In this document: in pieces, positions 53,823 through 64,000 of the stretch
How positions within the stretch are numbered: the stretch's first letter is position 1
Layout of the letters: the number at the start of each line of letters is the position of its first letter
DNA from: Raillietiella orientalis
Taxonomy: Eukaryota
Reading direction: 5' to 3'
Length of the DNA stretch: 64,000 nt
Assembly (NCBI GenBank): GCA_036172245.1
Contig: JAYWIR010000037.1
Span: forward strand, 1,426,001-1,490,000
Program-made: the position numbers and the translations under genes
The notes under the pieces: generated by a model
What the model saw: only the letters and a program-made list of their open reading frames with translations
What the model was told of the DNA's origin: nothing
The model's database searches: none

Positions 53823-56800
53823 TATGTCAAATCTTGTGATGCTCAATCTCAATGCTCCTTAATTTAGAATAATTATCATTACTCCTAAAATGAACAATAT
53901 GCCATAATTGTCACAAATTACTGAAGGTACTGTACAACACAAATCCCCACCTGACAACGAACAGCTACTACAAACTGCCGTCTGAAATCGTTTAAAATAA
54001 AACTTTGACTCTTTCACTCTAAACATAGGGCAATTCCGACTTCGAAGAAAAGACAAACCTGACTCAACCAATCAACAACACACGAGATACCACGAGATTT
54101 TCGCATTTAATCTTCGTTTTTTATACAAAAAGAGACACTTCCTATTACCACGGAGTTTCACAAAGATTTCAGGCTGCTAAGCAAATAGGAACATAGTCAG
54201 AGGCTCTAGTGCGGATTTCTGTTTTCTAATACAAATGAAATACAAAACATTCTGCAGTTCTGTATTGAACAGCAATGTACACATACTGAAGAAAAGGAAG
54301 CGGAGAATAGTGATTTCAGTGGCAAATTAGTATCGAAAAAGGCATGAAGCAAATTCCGTTCCTTATTGGAACAGTAGCGAAAACGATCACAGGATCCAGT
54401 CATTCTCGATTTGGATTCAAAATGAGGGAAAATAACTAAATAACTGAAAAAAAACAAAAACAAAAACATCGGATTGGTCTAATTTAAAATCGAGTTTTCA
54501 GGTTTTCCCACAAGATTAAACTAAAAGCTTTTGCTCTTCGCTAGACTCCTATTTTAGTACAACAGAAGATAACATTACATTGGATACTTTCATTGGTTAC
54601 ACCGATCTAACTTATCCTTCAGTGACGTATTCAACGAAAAATCAATTGTAGATATGTATTTGATCTGATGTAATGCACTTGAGACATCAAAAGCTCAGCA
54701 CCTTTAATGTTCCAGAAATAGATGGTTCCTATGGATTAGTGCATAATGCATGAAAACCAAATGAAGTTGAAAGATCACAGCTAGTATACTTGACGTTAAC
54801 CAGGTTTTTCCGTATCTTGAAAGTTATTCAGAGCATACATAGTTGTAACATCACGGAACTGCTGGACCATTTATTTGAGTAACACATTCAAAAAGCAGAA
54901 AACTCTTTCACACGATTCTGAACTATTTGAAGCATAGATAGAATTGAAAGCCAGGTGAATAATGCCAAGAAACAAATATCCAGCACTACTGATTCAATGG
55001 GAAGGATTATTTTTATTACGGCAGTCTAATAGAAGGAATACTTCTTATGTCTATTTCGATGTTCATATAACGGAATGTCGCCTTCCGCGGACTCGCCGAT
55101 TGCCGCGACATCAGTATGACATCGTCATGCATCCTTGAATCATGATGTACTCGGACAAATGCAGTATAGGGATTGCAAATGTAATGCAACTGCATTGAGC
55201 AGAAGCAAAGTAGCATCTGAGCTGAACTACTAAATATGTTTGAAAAATTAGCGATACTTTTGTTTCGGAGATACAATGGAAGATTTGGAATATACTATTC
55301 AAGGCGTTCACTTGATGCCACAGATGAAATGATCGCGTGTTTGAAGAATCCGTTGTCCTGAAAATCCAAAAAGCTTTCATTCAGTTTGATAACATCGAAG
55401 GGGAAAAAAGGCACTGAATTCTGAAAGCTTTGGTTAAGATGTGAAAAATGAAACTGCTGTGATAACATGAGCGACATGAAAGCACGAGATAAACAGGCTC
55501 GAGAAAACTTAGGGAAATCTTCTTCGGATGGGCAAAATCACAATTATTTATCTGACTCAGTACAGTTGCTGTCTGAGGTTTATCAGTTATGCATTCGATC
55601 AGTTGATTTCTTGAGCTCGTTGTTGATGCTATGTCATAAAAAAATAATGCTGCATTTTCTCTTCAGTCAGCAAACTCGAGAGCTTTCTGGTAAGATGCCA
55701 CTCTGAGCTGCTCGTAAATTAAAATATGAGAATTAAGAGACCATCGCACCTCAATGTAATTAAGGGCATGAGAAGAACTCCCAATCACGTGGTATGAGCT
55801 TCGTTTTCAGCATTGTAAAAGTGACAACTGTACCGTTGTAAGTAGATTGCATATGGGATAACTAATGTAAATCTATTGAAATCAATGGAACTTGCCATTA
55901 GTATAATCTGTTATGGACGTTGACGTTTCCTAGGGAAAAGGAAAACAGGGAAGCATTCTCCTGAGTTCTGAATGCATCTTAAGAAATGCAAACCCCATTA
56001 TTACTGAGTGGGAAACTGATCTTTGAAAATTATTGATTTACTTCAATCTGTGGGAAGAAAATCCTTTCCTAAGTAATCGATATTGATGGAAATTGCACAC
56101 TCTGGAACCATTCAGTTTGAAAGGCCATTTTTGTATCCTTTTGCAAGTACACATGTAAATGCGATTGTCGCGAGATAGAGTAAAGTTGTGGACGTTGGGG
56201 ATGATTCCAATCTTCTGTGTGAATTGCAAACATGAATTCCCAAGCAGTTTGAATGTGCTGTATAAATTCATACTTACTGCCGTAGTGCACAAAAACAAAA
56301 ACAAAACCCAAAACCCTCCGAAGAAAAAATCTTCATAGGGTAAATTACTTGGGAATCTGGGAGACGAGAGGTAGGAAGAAATCAAATATTAGTTTTCCTT
56401 TCAATGACTTACTCATTCATGAAGTGACTCACCTTTTCACTGTTTGGCGACGTTACACGAACTTCAAATTTGAATAAAGAACTGTTTTTAACTGGAAGAC
56501 CTGTGTGCTACAAAGGGAAAATCCTATCAATTGCAAGTCTTTGAAAATCAATGAAATAATTTAGCCTTGGTTCAGCAAGCAGATGAAAGAACACTTGACA
56601 TGAAAATGACATGAAAATATTTGACGAACATAGCAAGTAACATTAAGTTATGTAACAAACTTATTTCAGTGCTTGCTTTTGTTTCCTTGTCAGTCTATTG
56701 TAATTTCAACTACGGTGGAGCAAACATGAGACACTGACAGATTTTAAATAATTTCAAATAAATCGTCGACTGGGTTTCGCCATCTTGAATCCAGACATTT

Positions 56801-57699
56801 CCACAATTCACTTCGAGTCTTGTTCGTTCTTCTCAATCTTTTAGCTTGTTCCAGTATGAACCATACTGCTTGTAGCTGGAAGAATCCCTTGAATTTCTAC
56901 GGAAGTGAATCAGATGCACAACAACAACAACGAGGTTTCTCATTCGTTGTGAAATTTAGTCCTTTAGTCCTTTCAGTTTCTAGAATTCCATACTACTGTA
57001 TTTCAAGGTTTGAAAAACCTTTGAAATTATGAATACCTGCGCTTTTATGATGATATGGTATGAACCTACTAGTATTCATTGCAAATGCAATTTGGTTAAC
57101 TTTGTATCATGAAACTCGGCTCCCTTGTTTCCCCAAATTTAAAGATTTCAGCATTACAAAATAGAACATTGGTGCTCAGGCATCCGGGACGGTTTCCTTT
57201 TATTTGTGAAAAGGATGCTTCACCATTTTCTACCATCATTTACGACCCCCAAGTTAGCATCTATGAGTTTCATTTGATTTTTGTTTTCAAAGCGGTTTGA
57301 TGCAGCAGGGACTCTTTACTCTCTGTCCCAACACTCTGCATGTTAAATGTGGATTCGATTCCTGGTTCAGTGCCTTTTTCCCAAAAAACTGAATGGATGC
57401 AACTGATCCATTGCATATGTGCGGAACGTTATGCACGTTGGAACTGATTAAGCTAGATTAAAACATGCGAACACTGTTATGCTCGTGAACGTTAATGTTG
57501 ATAACTAGAAAGCGATTTATCATCTATTTTCAAGATAATAAAATCCTGATTCATTTTTTTTCTGTTTTCCATGTCCTCCCAATTTTTGTTTTCGGCTTCT
57601 GCTTTTCGACTCGCTAAATACTGAAGAACCGTTTGGACCTATGGGATGAAGATCCGACAGATACATCTTGTCCTCATCATCAGATCATCAAGTCTTGAT

Positions 57700-57990
57700 A
57701 ACGCCGCCACATGGGTAGTCACCAGTCTCTTCCACTGTCGCGTATCCGAGGTGAAGCAGGGAAAGGGAACCTCAAAGAGACCACTCTCGACTGCTGGGAC
57801 TGACCCTGAAGGATTCGACTTACAGTTGACCAATCTCACATCCGCAGTGGACGCGAGCGCGTTCTACCAATTCCTGAGACATCCTAGCGTCATCACGAGA
57901 GGGGATCCCAAACGTCACATCCTGCTCGGCGTCCCTTTACGGGTATTCGAGCCTGCCACTTGCCAACTGCCTGGCTACGCGAAACACGAG
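57700..57990 (-). mobile_element. Second, more degenerate SINE-like copy
   Basis: GC-rich 300-bp block with a B-box-like GCAGGCTCGAATACCC on the minus strand (~57941-57956). Body motif shared with the 41.0-41.3 kb element. Confidence 0.35.
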
Positions 57991-58779
57991 AACATTCCTT
58001 GATAAATTGCTGCAGGAATGAAAATCCAGGATTCTCTTTTTTTGACATTGTAATTTTAGGACACTCTTAAGGCATCGATCAATTTCGTCCATGTGAAAAT
58101 CTTACTAGACGATAGATAAGTGAAAATTCTTTCTCGATAGTTCAAAGTCCTCCATAGCGGATAAAGGAATTGTGAAGAGGTGTTTTCCAGCAGGCCAGGA
58201 TCGTCACATTGCGATGGCTGAGGAAAAGGCCTTAGTCTATCTCTCCCAAAGGAAACCGTAATGAATGGTAGACAACGTAAGTTAAATTCTCAAGGGAGAG
58301 CGACATGGTGCACAACTGAAGGAAGTAGACAGTTCCTCAGAATGCAATACCTTACAACGTAACCAATCTGTACTCATGTGCAAATGACTCTTCAGTCCCT
58401 GATTATCTTTCCCCGCAATCTCCACTCTCTCTGCCAATAAATCAGTCCGCTCGCCTGCGGAATTAGTTGAGACACTATCCCACCCATTTTTAATTTGTGG
58501 AATGGTCCATTCTATGATGGTGAAGAATACGCAAAAGGAGGAAGAAAGGAGTGGCTGGCAGCAAAGACCATTTCTTTTCGCTTTATTTATTGTTCCCTCC
58601 CTCCCGCTCCTGACTCCTGAGATACCAGACTGCAAGCTGGTGGACATCCTGGATGAGCTTTTTGTTGCTGTTGTTGCTGTATTTTTGTATTTAGGGGACG
58701 GCATCCTCTGACTTGTAATTTATCTATTTCTAAACAAATGTCATCAGAATGACTGGTTACAAACCAATCAGATGGGTCT

Positions 58780-59200
58780 TGGGAAGCTGTGGATGTCTTT
58801 AAAATTGTTCCAGTGCACTTCCATGACGCAAGACTCTCCCTGTCTTCATCAAGATATTCAACACTGTAGTCAGAATGACTGCATTTGGGTCCACCATTCT
58901 CCAGACAGAATAGGCGACACCATCAGTGCCTGCCGAAGAGTTCTCTACTTTAAGTAGGCATGGGTCAACCTCCTCTACAGTGAACCGGTGTGGTGACCTG
59001 TGCGGCTTTCGTGGAAAAAGTTCGCGTACGCGAGAATTGCAACTGAAAGGTGCTCTACATCCATCAGTAGCACGTGAGACAGGATCAGCTTGGATGCACT
59101 ATGGCAGAAAACACAATTGCAAGTGCCATTTGAAATGCGGCTTGTGGACAGATTGTGGACCAACTGCTGTGGCAGTGCTTGCGCGTCTAATCCTCTGTTA
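58780..59200 (+). mobile_element. Internally deleted DIRS-like RT/RNase H fragment
   Basis: ALP*RKTLPVFIKIFNTVV (cf. ALPFGL..APRVFTK), RELQLKGAL (cf. LELKA), LWTDCGPTAVAVLAR (cf. TDNTTAVAY.NR). Confidence 0.5.
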
Positions 59201-59899
59201 GTGAAGGACTAGAGTATTTATTGTCACTTGAACTCAGCAAGATGAGAGCATTTGGCTGGCATCATTCTCATCTGATGACACTTGGGCAATTATTTTGGGA
59301 AGGAAAATGAACAAAGAAACCGGGACATCAGTCCTACTATTACAGAAGTTTAAGAATGAGGAAGAAGGCAGTGACTCATGGGTTTGCTGAAAGGAGAACA
59401 GGGAGGGAACAATAAATAAATAAAAAGGAAAAATAAGGGAAAAGTCTCTCCAGGCAGTGCTGACAGCTTCTTCCTTAGATTCCTTCTTTAGATGAAGTCA
59501 TTTCTCCACACCCATCGTCATTAGAAAGGAGAGACGTAGCCTTCGATTCTTGCTAGCCCGCCTCATGCGTGCATTGGGAAACCGCGATCCCTGTGATGCA
59601 ATGCAGAACTGCTAATGAGGAGACAGACCCAAAGGCCCATCATGCGTGAAACAGCTCCATAGCGGCTCCTCCTGAGTCGGCGTCAAGACTGGATTAGATT
59701 GAAGGAGACCACAAACTGTACCAGGCTCACTAAGTGGGAATACTTCTTGCAGCGACTAAGGGATTATTGCTCCCTTGGATGCAGATAAAAACGTCTCTCA
59801 ATAGCGCTCTTTCACGCGCAGGTCACTCCGAGTGGTGTTCTGGCGCTCACATTTCTGTGCGATAAGATGTTGCCTGAGGCGGCTATTGCGACACTTTGG

Positions 59900-62000
59900 T
59901 TTTCTAAAGAGAACAAGATAATTCTAATTGAAAGCACTGAAGAACGTTCACGGCATCAATAACAAAATGGCAGCGACATTCAGGGATTGCTGATGGTTTT
60001 CCATAAGCCCGTAAGTAGACTAAGTTTTTCATAAGTAGAATTTTTTGATCTCTTCATCAGTGTTTTGCTTTGATGATTCCTCGGAGCGTATCCTCCAGAG
60101 CAGCCTACTGGTTTATCAGGCGCGCCTCCCGGATTATTTGAACTTGCGTTGTACTTGAAGTGCTGGAATACAGTGTTTTGCTGATTCGCGTGTTTGCTGT
60201 AAAAAGAAATCACAGGACATTCCCTGGTGTCCCTCGATCAAAAAAAGCTGTTTGCGGCATCCTCGTTGAAGTTGTCAGGAAGCATCTGTGAGAAATATCA
60301 GTGGCAAAACTGCAGGATCAAGACCTGCAGATTGTCCCGATACAGCTTTTGCGTAGCATCTCAGACGTATGATGGGATTGACAATTCTCCTATAATGGCT
60401 GGAGGGACAAAAGCAGTATAGTACTAACAGCAGGACAGATGTGTGCCACAGAATCAGGAAAATGGTTGGTGCACTGGAAGCATTTCAGAGGAATCCACTT
60501 TGCTTAGCCATTCTCTGCGCACGAAGACCAGTGTTAGTTGGTCATTAGACCCATCATTTATAAGCAAAATACCTCTCTCGAAGAAGTTGAGATCACAACC
60601 AGGTCATCCGTCTTCGACAAAAAGAATCTGCTGCATAAGATGGAGTCTTTGAGCAAAACTTTGTATTGCAAACTAGGCCCGGTGAATCCAAATCATAACA
60701 GGGCCAGTGTGTTACATATAAATCAGGAATACACTTGGAACATTCACAAATGACCTATGACATGAGTGTGACTGGGATTGTGGAATCATTGGGATCTTTA
60801 GGGTACATCATTAGACACCAGCAGTCAGAAGCGTGCTCGTTTCTACATTCCGAATCACCAGGAATATTCAATTTTGTAGAGCCATATAAAATAGTAGAGT
60901 TTCGTGGAGATCCATTGCTAGCCTATCCGGCTGATCTACTAATCTCTAAGACAAAAGATGGACTTCGCAACCATCTGCGAGTATTTTTTCTTCCATGCCC
61001 AAAAGCTGTACTATCAATGGAATTCAGAAAGGGAGGATCTCTGAACCTCCTTCAAGGATGACCTCTTGGTATTGGAATTATGAGAAGCGTGAAAATACTC
61101 AGGAAGGCCTTTTGACTCAAGTTTATTTCAGTATGAGCATACCATACAGCAAGTTTTCGCAGAAGCAGTTGCCCTATAGACTGAGGATAGCTCCGTACCA
61201 CAAGCTGCAAGTCTTCGCCTTCAGACGAGTATGTCATCAATACCTTGAAATATTCAGAAAATCCGACTGAACTTTCCTCAACAGCAACCAACAGGAGATC
61301 GACAAGAAGTGTATGAATCTCCAAATCAAGCTGCCGATGAGTACATATACACCGATAGGTCAACGAGATGCTCGTGTCTTTCGAATCCTCTAGATGAACA
61401 TGCGAGTTCTCAACACTTGCTCCAAGATCCTAGTATCTTCGGATCCTGTTGCGCATGATATGCACAAAGAAACATCAATTTAGATAATCAAAATGCAGCT
61501 GAAGGACGCATCATAAGACGCAGATCGGGGGAAATTGTCGAGTTCGGTTCATGGAAATGAAACAGGACTAGCAGAGGGATGAGAAGCACTTGGATAGTAG
61601 GAAGACAAGAGTCTGGACGGCTGAAAGCTTACTTAAGCCGAAGCTCATGCATGGAGAGTCCACGATTAACGAACCATTGAGCTGGAAGATCATCTCAATC
61701 GTACACTTTGTGTAGCAAAGACAAGCTTGGGAATCCCTAATCATCCATCATCCACGTCATATCCAGCATGAAGCAGCACTATGCGCCTAAGAGCGCGGAT
61801 TCGCGGACTGCAGATGTACCCGCGCTGTCATACTGAAGCTCCTACTTGTACGTGCATCACCTACCATGAATGGCTATGCAGGGGATGCATCTGAGAAACG
61901 TCTAAAGAGTTCCTATGTCGCATCATCATCCACTGCACTTACCATCACATCGTGATCCCAGGTCATTTCGTGGTTGCGGATCACCCTGAGAAGCGGTGGC
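59900..62000 (+). mobile_element. DIRS-like retrotransposon relic C (RT-RNaseH-MT-YR); boundaries approximate
   Basis: Ordered motifs: LVSLDQKKLF (~60225, RT), NHNRASVLHINQ (~60690, RNase H DN..AV.YIN), LLAYPADLLISK (~60915, methyltransferase YAFPP..LI), PRHIQHEAALCA*ERG and ADVPALSY*SS..HHL (61750-61865, YR H..R and W.S...HY box). Confidence 0.6.
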
Positions 62001-64000
62001 ATCTTCTGGCTTTTAAAAAGATCTTGTTTAATTTCAAAATTTTAGGAGATCTGAATTCTTCGGAAGTTTAATAAAGAAGAGATCAGTAGTCGAAAATTAA
62101 AACGCGCAAACGTTTTTGACATTTTCAGAGCTTGAATCCAGAAGAACAACCCCAGAACTGGTATCAATTGCAACAACTCATCTTGGGGAATGAAGGTATT
62201 CAGTCTCCAAGACAATACTTATTCAAAAGATCACTGCTAAATAAAATGTGCATACTGATGTCAAGAACAATGTTCGTCATGAACTGAAGCTCCCGTAAAA
62301 AGAAAACAGCCAATAACGCAATTAAATAAAAGAATTAATAGGCAATAATTCTAGAAAATAAGGAGAACGAGGTTTAGAAGTGAATAGCTATTGATCAAAA
62401 CAGATATGTGATGAGAGGAAAAGTAGATTAGGTGATGGAATATGATGATTTTTATCGGTCACTTGTAAAGAATTCGATAAAGAACCAGAAGTAGTAACAG
62501 AATCCACAGACAAGAAATAAATTGACGGCGATCAAAGAAATAAGAAAAGTGTGAAACTTAGCAGTTAGCACTCAGAGAGCTATCATATTCTATTTTGTTT
62601 CCACATAGACAGGGCAAGAAGCACTTTGCAGACCTAGAGTTTTGCGAATAGCAAACCTTAATCTCTACCCTAGCAGCTTCTCAAGTGAAAAGACCGCACT
62701 GGGTAAAAAGTTGAAGAATGGATTCAGGGAATGATAAAACAATGTGATTCCCGCAAATGATCTGAGGTCCTTGATGTGCTATCCCAAGGACCTCATTTCC
62801 CTCTCAGTCAATAGACGAACAAAAGATCGTAACATAAAATGCAAGTTGTTTCCTTATAAGGGGACACGATGGAATCAAAACTGAAAAGAGGGTGAGGAGG
62901 GAGCTGCACTCTTTGTTCTTGCATGTGTTTTAAAAAGCAGGATACACTCTAATGTGATTGACATCTGGGAACCATCATTTCTCTGATTTCGGAATAATTT
63001 CATGATACTGACCAGATATTATGTGCAATTTTACTATCTCTAAGAAAACAGTACTGGGAAAGGCCCTTGTGAAAATCAAACTCCGCATTCGAATCGGATG
63101 AAGATGGAGAGCACCTTTCAGGATTGATTTCTGAGGAAGTGTCCAGGAAAGCACGCGATTTCTCCGATCCTGCTATGTTGAGAACCTATCGGGATGGCAG
63201 AAATTATTTTTACAACTGCTTCCTGTTCCTATGCTTGAAGCTCATCGGGTCGTCTCTGCCAAACGGACTCTAACAGGTAAATAAAAACGCACACTGACAC
63301 ACACGCACGCGAGAAAAAAAGGAAGCAGAGCGAGCGAGCGATTTATCTCAGAATGCAAATAGCAAATCTGGTTTCACACCTGAGGAAATTCTCACGATCC
63401 CTGGATAAGTTTAGCTCCTTCGATGATAGCATGCTTCCCACTGAGATTGTAAACAAAAGAGTCCAGAAAACCGTCCAGGAATTGGAATTGTCCTTGAAAT
63501 CACAGTGTAAGGTAATGCATCTTCGCAAAGTTATGTATTTTACTGCGGTGCGTATTGAATTCCATTCTTTTATTCCGGTCTGGGTTCTTCCAATCTCGAA
63601 GAGACTCCGCTTTCCATTTGAAATAAGTGCAGACTCTCAATGTGGATCAATGTGGATCTCAAAGAGCTCCCAGATGTTTCAGAAAGTTTGGTTCCGAAGA
63701 GACTTCAGGAACTTTTCTTCTTTCTGCACTTGACTGTGACATGACGGGATTTCGATTATTCAGTGAATCTCGAAGACTTGGGTTCCTTGGCCTCCCTGGA
63801 TTGCATGGACGGAGGAAGAGTGAGTTTGCAGGAAAGCGTAAAAGTTACCAAGTAGCACTCCACTGAAACTGGAATCATACCGGTCTTCAAGAGGATTTTC
63901 TATTTCCCCCCTCAAAATAAATGCGCTCTTCACGTTGCTGTGTAATTTCGTGTTCAAACGTTGTTGGCTCCTGCAAAGCCTCCCAACTGAAGTGAGCTTG

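Noticed and set aside
56432..56506. Minus-strand exon-like segment with gtgagt donor (KNSSLFKFEVRVTSP)
   Set aside because: Isolated, and cannot be linked to RTN4IP1 or any other exon from sequence alone.
63241..63733. 126-aa ORF and nearby donor-like sites
   Set aside because: No homology recognised and the window edge prevents building a model.

Overview
Eukaryotic (invertebrate, probably arthropod-like) genomic DNA, not prokaryotic. One complete spliced gene is well supported: a six-exon RTN4IP1-like mitochondrial NAD(P)H oxidoreductase on the minus strand (51353-53822, about 394 aa, four 41-54 nt introns). Three plus-strand exons at 5252-6481 form the 3' end of a single-pass membrane protein gene. 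The rest is mostly intronic/intergenic DNA with decayed transposon relics recognised by eye: PIF/Harbinger, Tc1/mariner, THAP, LINE, a Mutator-like MITE, tRNA-derived SINEs, and 3-4 DIRS-type tyrosine-recombinase retrotransposon relics flanking RTN4IP1. The most unusual structures are a near-perfect 144/146-bp inverted repeat between two tail-to-tail decayed DIRS-like relics, a candidate four-exon orphan gene at 25451-26800, and three perfect 15-16 bp hairpins. I see no convincing evidence for a wholly new biological system. All transposon calls need HMM confirmation.
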